Source of the DNA: a virus
DNA length: 64,000 bases
Strand: one strand, 5' to 3'
Virus record (IMG/VR): IMGVR_UViG_3300021371_000009
Coordinates: 1 to 64,000 of that record
Of this stretch, positions 8,486-17,841 are shown one piece after another. The notes below the pieces were generated by a model. That model saw only the letters and a list, made by a program, of their open reading frames with translations. It ran no database searches and was not told the origin of the DNA. Each line of letters starts with the position of its first letter. Position 1 is the stretch's first letter. A program made the position numbers and the translations under genes.

Positions 8486-10197
8486 TGTACAATCCTCGAA
8501 TAGTTATTAGGTTTATCAAATTTAAGAACATTAGTAAATTTGTCAAACAGTGTATCGCCTTTATGCGATATTACGAATGCATTAACACCATTGTCCATAG
8601 TATTTAAGATTTTCAGAAATTCTTCTGTTCCGTTTGCATCCAACGAACTATCAAACACCTCATCTAAAACAAGAAGGTTGGTGTTTGTAGAGTTTTTCAT
8701 CTTTGCAATAATACGCCATGTGAATAGCAAAGATAAGTCAATACGCAACTTCTCACCTTCAGAGAATGATGCATATGAAAAGTCATCTCTATGTCGAGAT
8801 TTAATTGTTTCTTTGAATGAACCATCTAAATTAAACTGAACAAAGAAGTCAAGTGCTTGTAGAAAATGGTTTACATAATGATTAATTACTGGTAGATACT
8901 GATTGATAATCTTAGTTTTGATACCAGTATCTTTGAGAAGATTTGCAGATATCTCTGAATAGTAACGCTGGTCATTCAACTCGTTTTTCAAGTCTGATAC
9001 CTTTCGTTCTTCATCACGCATATCTACAAGTTTTTGGGTGTGTTCACCCGCATCTTCTAATGTCGCACTAGCAGTTTCTATTTCTGCATTCCATTCATCA
9101 ATACTTCTGTTTGCAGTTTGAATGCGAATATTTCTTTCGTTAATTTCATCTTGCAGATTTTGTATTTTTGAATGCACTTCTGTAATTTCAGACATACGTT
9201 TGCGAACTGTTTCAAGTTCTGATTTCAACTGAACTTGTGCAGTGTCTAGTTCAACTAGTTTATCCCTACGCTCTTGTATAACACTATCTTTAAACTCTTC
9301 AGCAATAGTTTGCTTACAAGTATTACACTCATCATTATCTTTGTAGAATGCAATATCATTTGCTACTTTAGTTGCATTGCGCTTCATTTGGTCTTGAATG
9401 GATGTAAACTTTTGATAGCGTTTATCAGTTCTGCTTTCATCTTCAATAGTTCCTCGTAAGTCTCGTATCCCGTCCATTCGCTCTGTGATTTCTTCTTGCC
9501 ATTGTGAAATTGAGTTCTTCGCCTTGACAATTCTTGCATTGATTTCCTGTGTCGATTTCTTACGTTGCTCATCTAGTCGCTCCAAGTAGTCTTGTTGCAG
9601 GTCGATTTTCTGTCTAACAACAGACAGTGTGCTTTCTGCATCTTTATACTCTTGCCCAACTTGCAACAACTCACCTCGTAGAATATCATTCATTCTTGTG
9701 AATATTTGAATGTCAAGTAAATCTTCAATAATCTCTCTACGCTGTGGTGCAGGTAATTGCATGAAAGGAATAAAAGATGATGAACCAAGTACCACAATCT
9801 GTGTGAAAGATTTGTAGTTCAATTTCAAGATTTGCTTTTCTAAGAACTCTTGATAATCTTTTGTTGCGGCGTCTTGGTTCACCAATATGTTGTTCTGATA
9901 AATCTCAAAGATTGCAGGTTTCAATCCTCTTCGTACTTTATATTGTGATGCACCAATAGAAAATTCAACTTCAACTAATGCATCTTTTAGATTGATAGAG
10001 TTTACTAACTGTCCAATCTTAATCTTACGAAAAGGTTTACCAAACAATGCAAAACATAGAGCATCTATGAATGTAGATTTACCAGAACCATTCGAACCAA
10101 CAACAAGTGTCGTTGGTGATTTACAAATATCTATTTCAGTAAACGCATTACCTGTAGAAAGGAAATTACGCCATCTTACATATTCAAACTTAATCAT
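8482..10197 (-). CDS. gp46: recombination endonuclease ATPase subunit (SbcC/Rad50-like)
   Basis: Walker A GSNGSGKS, CxxC hook (CNTC), FSEGEK signature, LVLDEVFDSSLD. Confidence 0.97.
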   Translation of the reverse strand: MIKFEYVRWRNFLSTGNAFTEIDICKSPTTLVVGSNGSGKSTFIDALCFALFGKPFRKIKIGQLVNSINLKDALVEVEFSIGASQYKVRRGLKPAIFEIYQNNILVNQDAATKDYQEFLEKQILKLNYKSFTQIVVLGSSSFIPFMQLPAPQRREIIEDLLDIQIFTRMNDILRGELLQVGQEYKDAESTLSVVRQKIDLQQDYLERLDEQRKKSTQEINARIVKAKNSISQWQEEITERMDGIRDLRGTIEDESRTDKRYQKFTSIQDQMKRNATKVANDIAFYKDNDECNTCKQTIAEEFKDSVIQERRDKLVELDTAQVQLKSELETVRKRMSEITEVHSKIQNLQDEINERNIRIQTANRSIDEWNAEIETASATLEDAGEHTQKLVDMRDEERKVSDLKNELNDQRYYSEISANLLKDTGIKTKIINQYLPVINHYVNHFLQALDFFVQFNLDGSFKETIKSRHRDDFSYASFSEGEKLRIDLSLLFTWRIIAKMKNSTNTNLLVLDEVFDSSLDANGTEEFLKILNTMDNGVNAFVISHKGDTLFDKFTNVLKFDKPNNYSRIVQ

Positions 10198-11267
10198 ACT
10201 ACGTTATTACTCGCTTCAACATATAAACGCTTCATATCTGTCTTAATACGCTCTTTGTTTGCAGATGTATCTACTTCATCAACATATGTGTTTAGTAGTG
10301 ATAATGTATCATCTAACTGTAAGTTCTTATCATCGACAAATGTAGCATCAAAATCAGAAAAATCTTCTACTATTGTCAACTCATGAACCCCTACATTATA
10401 CAACATATCAATCACTTTGTCAAACTGTTTTGCATTGATTTTGTTGATTACTACCACCTTTACAAAATGGTCTTTATATTCACTCGCATCAAAGTTTTCA
10501 TATGACTTATCTCTATCATTATATTCTAACTTCTTAAAGATGCTGTATGGATTTTCAATGAACTCTAACTCTCTAGTCTCTGTATCAAAGATATGAAACC
10601 CACGCTTGTCACCATAGTCAGACCAAGTCATCTGATATGGATTACCTAGATATGTAATATTATCTTGAGTTGATTTGTGATGAAAGTGACCACTGAAAGC
10701 GCAATCGAATTTACCGAAAACTTTTCTATCTAATCCATGGTCAAAGTTTGTGAAACCTTTATACATTGTAAAACCTTTAACTTCTAAGTGACCCATAAGA
10801 ACTTGAGCATCAGTATTAGAAATCATCTGCATAGTTTCATCTCTATTCTCTGGACAAATCCACGGAACAAAAAGCATCTTACAACCATCAAATTCTACTT
10901 CAGTTGCTTTCTCGTAAATCCAGGGTTCGTTGTTACCATCAAATCCAGTAAACAGCGTATTCATACTATTCACTTCATTTGTGTTCTTGTAGTATGTGTC
11001 GTGATTACCAATAATTACATGAGTATCAATACCCATGCGTCCTAGTTTCCATATAAAGTCATGTCTAAACTTCTGTAGTGTTTTGAAGTTGATAAACTTA
11101 CGTCTATCTGTAATGTCACCTAGATGAATACATGTGGTAATATTGTTTTCTTCTAAGTATGGAAAAAATGTATTATCATAAAATTTAAAGAAGTAATCGT
11201 TAAATACTTCACTGTCATTTCTGGCACCAAAATGTGTGTCAGTTATTAATGCTATTTTCATATTCAT
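10194..11267 (-). CDS. gp47: recombination endonuclease nuclease subunit (SbcD/Mre11-like)
   Basis: DTHFG, HLGD, GNHD, GHFH metallophosphoesterase motifs. Confidence 0.97.
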   Translation of the reverse strand: MNMKIALITDTHFGARNDSEVFNDYFFKFYDNTFFPYLEENNITTCIHLGDITDRRKFINFKTLQKFRHDFIWKLGRMGIDTHVIIGNHDTYYKNTNEVNSMNTLFTGFDGNNEPWIYEKATEVEFDGCKMLFVPWICPENRDETMQMISNTDAQVLMGHLEVKGFTMYKGFTNFDHGLDRKVFGKFDCAFSGHFHHKSTQDNITYLGNPYQMTWSDYGDKRGFHIFDTETRELEFIENPYSIFKKLEYNDRDKSYENFDASEYKDHFVKVVVINKINAKQFDKVIDMLYNVGVHELTIVEDFSDFDATFVDDKNLQLDDTLSLLNTYVDEVDTSANKERIKTDMKRLYVEASNNVV

Positions 11268-12699
11268 TGTTCCATTTTGTAATCAAATCTTTGTGTAACA
11301 AAGTATCACTTCTATCGGTAAAATATTTACGTCTAGGTAGTTGTCCATGAGAGTGTATATGCTCTATCAATACTTTATTAGATAACAAACCCAAAGCATA
11401 TAATACTTGATTCCAGTTGTGTGAACCAAATATTCTATTTTGCGTTGCAACTGCTCCACTTACATTTCCAACATCTTCTAATAGTAACACACGTTCTTGT
11501 GCAATGTCAATATATTTTTTCACTTCTACCGGTAAATGTGAATTTTTAACATCTTTCCAAAAATCAGTATCAGCAATACAATTGACATAATGTAGTCTAA
11601 CGAATGCAAAAACTTGTTCAAACAAATCTTGTACGATAGTATTATAAGTTTCTTTAGACTTGGTACCTGAGTTAATGTATGTTGATAGTAATTTTGCTTG
11701 CTGTATACCAACACCTATTGCTGTTGCTTCTAAAGGTTCATAAAAGTGTGATGACAGACCAATTAGTACTGTATTTCCAACCCAAGTCTGACTATAATTA
11801 CCTGCCTCAAACTTAAATGTTTTTCCAACTTTAGGTTCGAACCCTAATTTTTCGGTAACTTCTTTTACTGCATCTTCATAAGATATGTGCTTGGAACTGT
11901 ATGCATATCCATTTCCCATACGTTCTGATGTAGGTATACGCCACATCCATCCAGAACTCATTTTATGTGCTTGTGTGTGAATTGGATAATTGTCAGGTTC
12001 TTCATGAGGACATTGAAAAGCAAATGCACTATCTACAAACATATCATTTTGTCTAGATTTAAATTTAAAACCATCAACTTCAGATGCGATAATTCTTCTA
12101 AAACCACTAGCATCTACAAAAATATCTGCTTCATAAATCGCTGTAGCACTCTCAATAGATTTACAATTATCAGTTTCATCAATATTGACTTTTACAATCT
12201 TATCATCATAAAAACCAACACCGACTTCTTTCATTAGTTTTTGTAAAAATTTATTTAATTTTTGAGTATCAAAGTGAAATTGATTTGGTAGTTCATCCAT
12301 TTCTCTAGCACAGTTTTCTAACTGCCATGGATTTATTAAATCTAATGGATCGCAATTACTACTCATATTTAAGTACATATGAAGTTCACTATCACCAGCA
12401 TCTTCATCTGTAGTTAATGAATGAATATATCTCTTGTCAGTCCATCCTCTAAAGTCAACACCGAACTTAAATGTACAACCGCTTTGCTGTACAAATTCCT
12501 TAACAGGTATCGCCATCAATTCTCTAAAGTAGTTCACATGTTCTGTACTACTTTCTCCAACGCCAACAATACCTATTTCAGAAGAACCTACGACATACAC
12601 ATCTAGTCCAGGTTTCTCTTTCTTTAATATCAACGCGGCCATTAGTCCAGCATTACCCGCACCTAATACACAAACACGTTTTCTATTCCATGAATTCAT
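11239..12699 (-). CDS. flavin-dependent (tryptophan) halogenase family protein
   Basis: GAGNAG, IGIVGVGES, TFKFG (catalytic Lys position), WMWRIP, FYEPLEAT. Confidence 0.88.
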   Translation of the reverse strand: MNSWNRKRVCVLGAGNAGLMAALILKKEKPGLDVYVVGSSEIGIVGVGESSTEHVNYFRELMAIPVKEFVQQSGCTFKFGVDFRGWTDKRYIHSLTTDEDAGDSELHMYLNMSSNCDPLDLINPWQLENCAREMDELPNQFHFDTQKLNKFLQKLMKEVGVGFYDDKIVKVNIDETDNCKSIESATAIYEADIFVDASGFRRIIASEVDGFKFKSRQNDMFVDSAFAFQCPHEEPDNYPIHTQAHKMSSGWMWRIPTSERMGNGYAYSSKHISYEDAVKEVTEKLGFEPKVGKTFKFEAGNYSQTWVGNTVLIGLSSHFYEPLEATAIGVGIQQAKLLSTYINSGTKSKETYNTIVQDLFEQVFAFVRLHYVNCIADTDFWKDVKNSHLPVEVKKYIDIAQERVLLLEDVGNVSGAVATQNRIFGSHNWNQVLYALGLLSNKVLIEHIHSHGQLPRRKYFTDRSDTLLHKDLITKWNNEYENSINN

Positions 12700-13231
12700 C
12701 TAAAGCACCTTTACGTTCTTTCTTCTCTTTCTGAATTTCTTTCATCTCTTCAACTTGCTTATCATCATACATGTTATCTTGAAGAAACTCTAGATACTGA
12801 TTTGTGTATTGACCGTCATCATGGTCATCAGTAAATAGACTATCATCAACAACCATATTCTGAATTAACTTTTGCTTCAGTTCAGTTTGCTTCTTTTCTT
12901 TTTGAATTCTACGCAAAAATGCATAGTAAATAATTTGTGTAAAATATGCAAATGGATTTTTTGACTTCTCAGGATTAAAATTATGCAAATACATTAAGCA
13001 GTTTTCAATACCATCTGATATCATATCGTGCTTATATGTATAATTAATAAAGTTTGGGCGGTATGATAAATGTTGTGCTATCTTGAGAAAACACTCACCA
13101 AGGTATCTTGTTACTGGTGGTGTTTCTTTACCTGCTGACTTTGCTTCATCAACTTTCACTCTGTATTCAATCAATGCTTCTAAGAACTCTTTGTTATTAA
13201 CGTAGTGTTCTCGTTTTTTCTTTTCTGCCAT
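12683..13231 (-). CDS. gp55: late-transcription sigma factor
   Basis: HYVNNKEF, RPNFINYTY, NPFAYFTQIIYYAFLRRIQKEKKQ. Confidence 0.96.
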   Translation of the reverse strand: MAEKKKREHYVNNKEFLEALIEYRVKVDEAKSAGKETPPVTRYLGECFLKIAQHLSYRPNFINYTYKHDMISDGIENCLMYLHNFNPEKSKNPFAYFTQIIYYAFLRRIQKEKKQTELKQKLIQNMVVDDSLFTDDHDDGQYTNQYLEFLQDNMYDDKQVEEMKEIQKEKKERKGALDEFME

Positions 13232-13250
13232 AATATCTCCATATTAACTG

Positions 13251-13279
13251 TTGACAACACCTACTTAGGTGTATATAAT
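13251..13279 (+). promoter_or_regulatory. consensus sigma70 promoter, antisense to the surrounding operon, with palindromic spacer
   Basis: TTGACA (13251-13256), 17 nt spacer, TATAAT (13274-13279); spacer holds ACACCTA-CT-TAGGTGT. Confidence 0.75.
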
Positions 13280-13306
13280 AGGGGTGTTCCCTTTTCAGAA
13301 ACAATG

Positions 13307-13753
13307 TTAGTGTTTCGTTATCTTATCCTTGTTGTACATATATTCCAGTATGTCTTCATCTTCACCTGTTATTCCTAGTTTCTCATTCATTTTATCCAAT
13401 GCTTCTTTTAGTTGCGTTACATTTTCGATAGGTTCATCATCAAAGGAATCGATGGGATTAGTCTTACACTTCTCAACAATTCTATGATAGTATCTTATAA
13501 CATCTTCTCTAGGGTTTGTCAAGGTTAAAATTGCATTCTTTGCAATGTAAAAAACTTGGTCATTTGAAAACGATTCCCAAGGTCCGAAAGTTGCATTCTC
13601 ATATGCACCATCCCCATCTTCATGCTGTTGCATCCACTTATGAATTCTCATAGGTTCTGTTAGAGTAGCATACTCTTCATTCTCATCTACTTTAATTCTA
13701 GTAATCAAACTATCGCCGGTGGTCAGTTTGACTAATTTTATAGGGTCTGTCAT
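13307..13753 (-). CDS. conserved hypothetical protein between uvsW and gp55 (Sm-like fold suspected)
   Basis: IKLVKLTTGDSLI N-terminus and position typical of marine T4-like phages. Confidence 0.7.
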   Translation of the reverse strand: MTDPIKLVKLTTGDSLITRIKVDENEEYATLTEPMRIHKWMQQHEDGDGAYENATFGPWESFSNDQVFYIAKNAILTLTNPREDVIRYYHRIVEKCKTNPIDSFDDEPIENVTQLKEALDKMNEKLGITGEDEDILEYMYNKDKITKH

Positions 13754-15201
13754 ATGCTTACCTTTATAGTTTTATATTTAAATTTTTCTTCATTGTAAGT
13801 TTTAATTCTTTCAACAGCATGTTCTAGTGTATAATTACGATGCTGTTTCCAACTCATATCATCTGATATATCAAACAACTGCGCTTCTTCTTTATTGTCA
13901 CCTAATCTAAGACCGCGCCCAATAGATTGAAGATTTCTGATTTTGGACTTACTAGGACTTGCAAAAATGATATTGTGAAGATTACGAATATTAATGCCAG
14001 TAGAAAAAGTACCGTAACTAGCAACAATAATCGCATCTGTTTCTTTCTCGGTAATAGCACGAATTTCCTCTCTTTCGTTTGCACCGACACCGCCAAACAC
14101 AAAGAATACTTTTCTATCTTTTGCTTTCTCTTTTATAATATCATATAATATTTTACCATGCTTCTCGACATATTGAAATAGTAATAGTGTGTTACCAGTC
14201 TGGTCAAGTGCTAAATTTCTAATGAAATTGTTTCTGGGTGTGTGAGACACTAAGAAATTCATCTCTTCTTGATATGTATATTTTTTGTTTTCTTGTCTTA
14301 TCTCATCAGAGTAATTCAGCATGATACATGATATTTTTAATTTAGCAAGTTGACCATCTTTCATCAACTGCTTAGATGTTGTAAATCTACGAACAGGTCC
14401 GAACAATCCTTCTAGCATGAGTTTGTGAGTTTTTGTATCGTCTAATGTACCTGTCGTACCAAAACGCATAACTGCATTCTCTGTCTTTTCCATCAATGTT
14501 TTAAGTGATGTTGCTTTGAACAGATGTGCTTCATCACCAATCACCATCTTATAATCGGCAAACCATTTCTTAGGTAGTTTATATACAGATTGCCAAGTCG
14601 TAATTACAATACGTTTGTCTGTATCTTTTTCGTGACCTGAATAAATCTTGTGACAATTCTCTTCAACATTGTATCCATAATCTTTGAAGTCTTTATACAT
14701 TTGTTCAACAAGTGATGTTGTAGGTACAATAATAAGAACTCTACCTGAAGTGCCTAATTGTGTTAGACCATAGATAATGAGAGACTTACCTGAACCAGTT
14801 GGTGAAAGCATAACAAGTCTCTTATCATTTAGTCCATCTCGTATTGCATCTACTTGATAGTTACGAGGCGTAAATGGTAAGTTTAAATCTAGTAATGCTT
14901 TAACTACTTCTTCAGTAGAAAATTTTTGTTTAGGTATAACACTATCTTGTCCAACTAAATGATAACCTCTAGTCTTACAGAATTCTTCTAAGTGTTCCAT
15001 TAAACCTATGTAGAGTTGACTAGTCCACATATTGAACAGACGTATTTTACCATCCCACATTTTATTACGAAATGTAGGCATGAACTCTGCTCCAGGTACT
15101 TTGAATGTGAAATACTCTGACAATTCATATTTAATGCCAGCATCATCACAGTCAATTGACATGAAGACTTCGTTAATTTTTGATACGATTATAGAATTCA
15201 T
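13750..15201 (-). CDS. uvsW: SF2 DNA helicase
   Basis: WDGKIRLF, SPTGSGKS, DEAH, QSIGRGLR. Confidence 0.97.
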   Translation of the reverse strand: MNSIIVSKINEVFMSIDCDDAGIKYELSEYFTFKVPGAEFMPTFRNKMWDGKIRLFNMWTSQLYIGLMEHLEEFCKTRGYHLVGQDSVIPKQKFSTEEVVKALLDLNLPFTPRNYQVDAIRDGLNDKRLVMLSPTGSGKSLIIYGLTQLGTSGRVLIIVPTTSLVEQMYKDFKDYGYNVEENCHKIYSGHEKDTDKRIVITTWQSVYKLPKKWFADYKMVIGDEAHLFKATSLKTLMEKTENAVMRFGTTGTLDDTKTHKLMLEGLFGPVRRFTTSKQLMKDGQLAKLKISCIMLNYSDEIRQENKKYTYQEEMNFLVSHTPRNNFIRNLALDQTGNTLLLFQYVEKHGKILYDIIKEKAKDRKVFFVFGGVGANEREEIRAITEKETDAIIVASYGTFSTGINIRNLHNIIFASPSKSKIRNLQSIGRGLRLGDNKEEAQLFDISDDMSWKQHRNYTLEHAVERIKTYNEEKFKYKTIKVSI

Positions 15202-15331
15202 CTGTTACATCAACAAAACTTTGATATGTAGCACCACAGTTAATGCATACATAATCCGGTGTCAATACTCCTTCTTCACTCTCAAAATAGTATTCACCAC
15301 ATACAGAACATTGAAATACTCTATGTGTCAT
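15173..15331 (-). CDS. 52-aa rubredoxin-like protein (not in ORF track)
   Basis: MTHRVFQCSVCGEYYFESEEGVLTPDYVCINCGATYQSFVDVTDEFYNRIKN*, two CxxCG knuckles, TAATG coupling to uvsY. Confidence 0.8.
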   Translation of the reverse strand: MTHRVFQCSVCGEYYFESEEGVLTPDYVCINCGATYQSFVDVTDEFYNRIKN

Positions 15332-15774
15332 TACATTACTCCATTCGTAAATTTATGCCATTCAATAGCATTCTTGATATCCCATCCTCTAGAATTAATT
15401 GAACGCAATACTCTTTCTACAAAATCTACAACTGTTTCCCAATATGCAATTTTGTCTTTCTTTTTTATTAAATCAAAGTCACCATCTAAATGTTCATCCA
15501 TCTCATTCTTTAGAGGTTTAGAACCTAGATATTGTTCCCAACCCAAATCATCAAGTTCTCGTTGAGACATTTCTCCTCGAAAGTATCTCCACTTATATCT
15601 ACGCAACTTGTAATAATCACTACGTTCTTTTTGTAGATTAAGTTTTGCTGTTGATAGAATGACAACATACTTTGCATGAAGATTAGGTGTCTGTAGACTT
15701 TCTTTTTCTAGATTAATATCATCAATCTTACAGTCTTGTTGCCACATTGTTTGAAGTTTATCTAAATCTACCAT
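15331..15774 (-). CDS. uvsY: recombination mediator
   Basis: TPNLHAKY, RGWDIKNAIEWHKF, position next to uvsW. Confidence 0.92.
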   Translation of the reverse strand: MVDLDKLQTMWQQDCKIDDINLEKESLQTPNLHAKYVVILSTAKLNLQKERSDYYKLRRYKWRYFRGEMSQRELDDLGWEQYLGSKPLKNEMDEHLDGDFDLIKKKDKIAYWETVVDFVERVLRSINSRGWDIKNAIEWHKFTNGVM

Positions 15775-15799
15775 ATATTCCTCATTTCAAATAGTACTC

Positions 15800-15828
15800 A
15801 TCATAACACAGATATAGCGTAATGTCAA
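15800..15828 (-). promoter_or_regulatory. sigma70-type promoter for uvsY-uvsW
   Basis: TTGACA (15828-15823), 17 nt spacer, TGn-TATGAT (15805-15800). Confidence 0.75.
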
Positions 15829-15829
15829 G

Positions 15830-16411
15830 TTATAATTTCACAATATCGTAGTAAGAGAAGGTAAAAGATGCTGATGCTGTTAAGTATGGCATAGAAGTGT
15901 CGGTAATGTCAAACTGAATTGCTTCTAATGATGTAGGAAATAAATCTTTGAAGCGTACTTCTACGTTAGCATTGTTGTTACTGTCTGTAATAGTCAATGT
16001 AGCATCAGTCATGGTTGGTGCAATAGGTTTAAGAGTTGAATTTCTTGCTGTAGGAAATTCAACCTGTCTATTAATATAGCGATTGTAGTCTTCTGTGTCA
16101 ATATCTGCAGTTACTTGTACCATCCAATCTTTTAATGCTATGAAGTTAGTACAGTTTTCATCTACAAGAAAAGTAACTAGTAAATCGCCAAAGTTGATGG
16201 TATCACCAGGAACAGGTGTATCTTTCATTCGTGTCATCTGCATTGATGACCCCATAGAGATATTAGGTAAATTTGCTGTTTGACATGTAAAGGATACACC
16301 CTCAAGTCTTTGCATTGTAAATACAAACTGAGCAGGTGTAAGAAAGTTTAAATTGGTAGCGGCAATGCTATCAGTCCAATTTGTATATGTAATATTTTCA
16401 TCGTATGCCAT
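15830..16411 (-). CDS. gp3: tail completion / tube terminator protein
   Basis: NFLTPAQFVF, FTCQTANLP, FLVDE, FKDLFPTSL; position after gp23. Confidence 0.88.
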   Translation of the reverse strand: MAYDENITYTNWTDSIAATNLNFLTPAQFVFTMQRLEGVSFTCQTANLPNISMGSSMQMTRMKDTPVPGDTINFGDLLVTFLVDENCTNFIALKDWMVQVTADIDTEDYNRYINRQVEFPTARNSTLKPIAPTMTDATLTITDSNNNANVEVRFKDLFPTSLEAIQFDITDTSMPYLTASASFTFSYYDIVKL

Positions 16412-16447
16412 AGTAGATTCCTTTATCTATACTACTATTTATCCATT

Positions 16448-16473
16448 AAAAAAGGGGAGCATTTCTGCTCCCC
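16448..16473 (-). terminator. Rho-independent terminator after gp23
   Basis: GGGGAGCA-GAAA-TGCTCCCC followed by six T on the minus strand. Confidence 0.9.
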
Positions 16474-16503
16474 CTTCTAAGGTTTCTCTCCCTTAATGCA
16501 ATC

Positions 16504-17784
16504 TTACATCAGGTTAGTAACAGTTACCAATCTGTAGTATGAGTTGCTATCTGCTGAGATAGAAGTGAATGGGTTAGATACTAGACCATAACGGGTCTTG
16601 AAACCAATCTTAGGTTGGAAAGTATTCTCGCCCACTGCACGAACCATCTGCAGAGGTACATAAGGACAGTAGAACAGACCAGCGTCATAAGCGTTTGAAC
16701 CCTTATAACCAACACAGTAGAACTGGTTGCTATCTGAACTGTTTGCTGAGTACGGATCGATGTACACTTTAATCTTACCGTTGATGGTACCAGCGAATGT
16801 GTTGCCAGTATCGTCTACATTCAGATTAGTCTGAAGTGCAGGTGCGTAATCAAGAACGCCTGCCATTGAGAGAGCAGATGCAACATCACTTGAAGTGATG
16901 ATGAAGTTACCCTTACCACGGCGAGTGTCTTGTGCGATTGTGTTAGCATCACGCTCAATCTGGAACAGAAGTCCCTTGAAACGCTCAACTGACCAACGAC
17001 CGTTACTATCAACGTCAAGGTCGAAAGTACCAGCACTTGCTACTGCGCCAGACTGTGCGCCTGCTTTAGCAGAAGTGTAGATAGTACGAACAACTTCGCG
17101 GTTGATTTCAGCAAGAATTTCTGCTGAAAGGATGTTAGCGAGTTCAGTTTCAGCATCAAGACCATGAACTGCTTTCAAGTCTTGTGCAAGTTCAAGAGTG
17201 TATTCTGCTTTCAACGCTCTTGTCTTTGCTGTTACTGAAGTCTTTTCGATGGTGAATGCCATCTCGTTGAACTGACCAGAGTTACCCATTGAGACTGCAC
17301 CATCTCCAAGTGCTTCACCAGTACCTGTACCAGCGCCTTGACCAGTTGTGAATGGTGATTCCACTGGGTTACCACCAGCATGTGCAGGTGTGACACCAGA
17401 GAAGTCTGTGTCTGCTTCGTTGAACAATGCTTCTGTACCACCCTGTGAAGAGTAGTTAGACTTCATTGCAAAAATCAGACCAGTTGGACCAGTCATTGGT
17501 TGCACACCACAGATGTCGTATGCGATAAGATTTGGCATTGCACGGCGTACAAGCGAAATCAGGATTGGGTCAAACTTTGCGATACCGCCAGTGTCTGGCA
17601 TAGTATCAGCATGGTTTGTTGGGATTGCTTCGTGAAGCATTCCGCGCTCTTCTTTCATTGCTTTTTCTTGGTTTTCCAAGATAACAGTTGTGACTGCCTT
17701 CTTGTACGAATCCTGAATTTGTGGCATATCAGGATGGTCAAGAACAGGACCCCACTTCTGCTGAAGGTTTTCTGTTAAAAACAT
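16504..17784 (-). CDS. gp23: major capsid protein
   Basis: LVRRAMPNLIAYDICGVQPMTGPTGLIFAM, ELAQDLKAVHGLDAETELANILS, FQPKIGFKTRYG. Confidence 0.99.
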   Translation of the reverse strand: MFLTENLQQKWGPVLDHPDMPQIQDSYKKAVTTVILENQEKAMKEERGMLHEAIPTNHADTMPDTGGIAKFDPILISLVRRAMPNLIAYDICGVQPMTGPTGLIFAMKSNYSSQGGTEALFNEADTDFSGVTPAHAGGNPVESPFTTGQGAGTGTGEALGDGAVSMGNSGQFNEMAFTIEKTSVTAKTRALKAEYTLELAQDLKAVHGLDAETELANILSAEILAEINREVVRTIYTSAKAGAQSGAVASAGTFDLDVDSNGRWSVERFKGLLFQIERDANTIAQDTRRGKGNFIITSSDVASALSMAGVLDYAPALQTNLNVDDTGNTFAGTINGKIKVYIDPYSANSSDSNQFYCVGYKGSNAYDAGLFYCPYVPLQMVRAVGENTFQPKIGFKTRYGLVSNPFTSISADSNSYYRLVTVTNLM

Positions 17785-17829
17785 TTTATTATCTCCTCGT
17801 TGTTTAACGTATGTTAAATATTACAATAT

Positions 17830-17837
17830 TATTTATA
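17830..17837 (-). promoter_or_regulatory. gp55-dependent late promoter (TATAAATA)
   Basis: Exact TATAAATA upstream of gp23; exact minus-strand copies also at 19160, 20203, 26090, 31327, 32675, 38234, 49537, 54877, 57057 and 60779, all in or at the edge of intergenic gaps. Confidence 0.85.
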
Positions 17838-17841
17838 ATAT

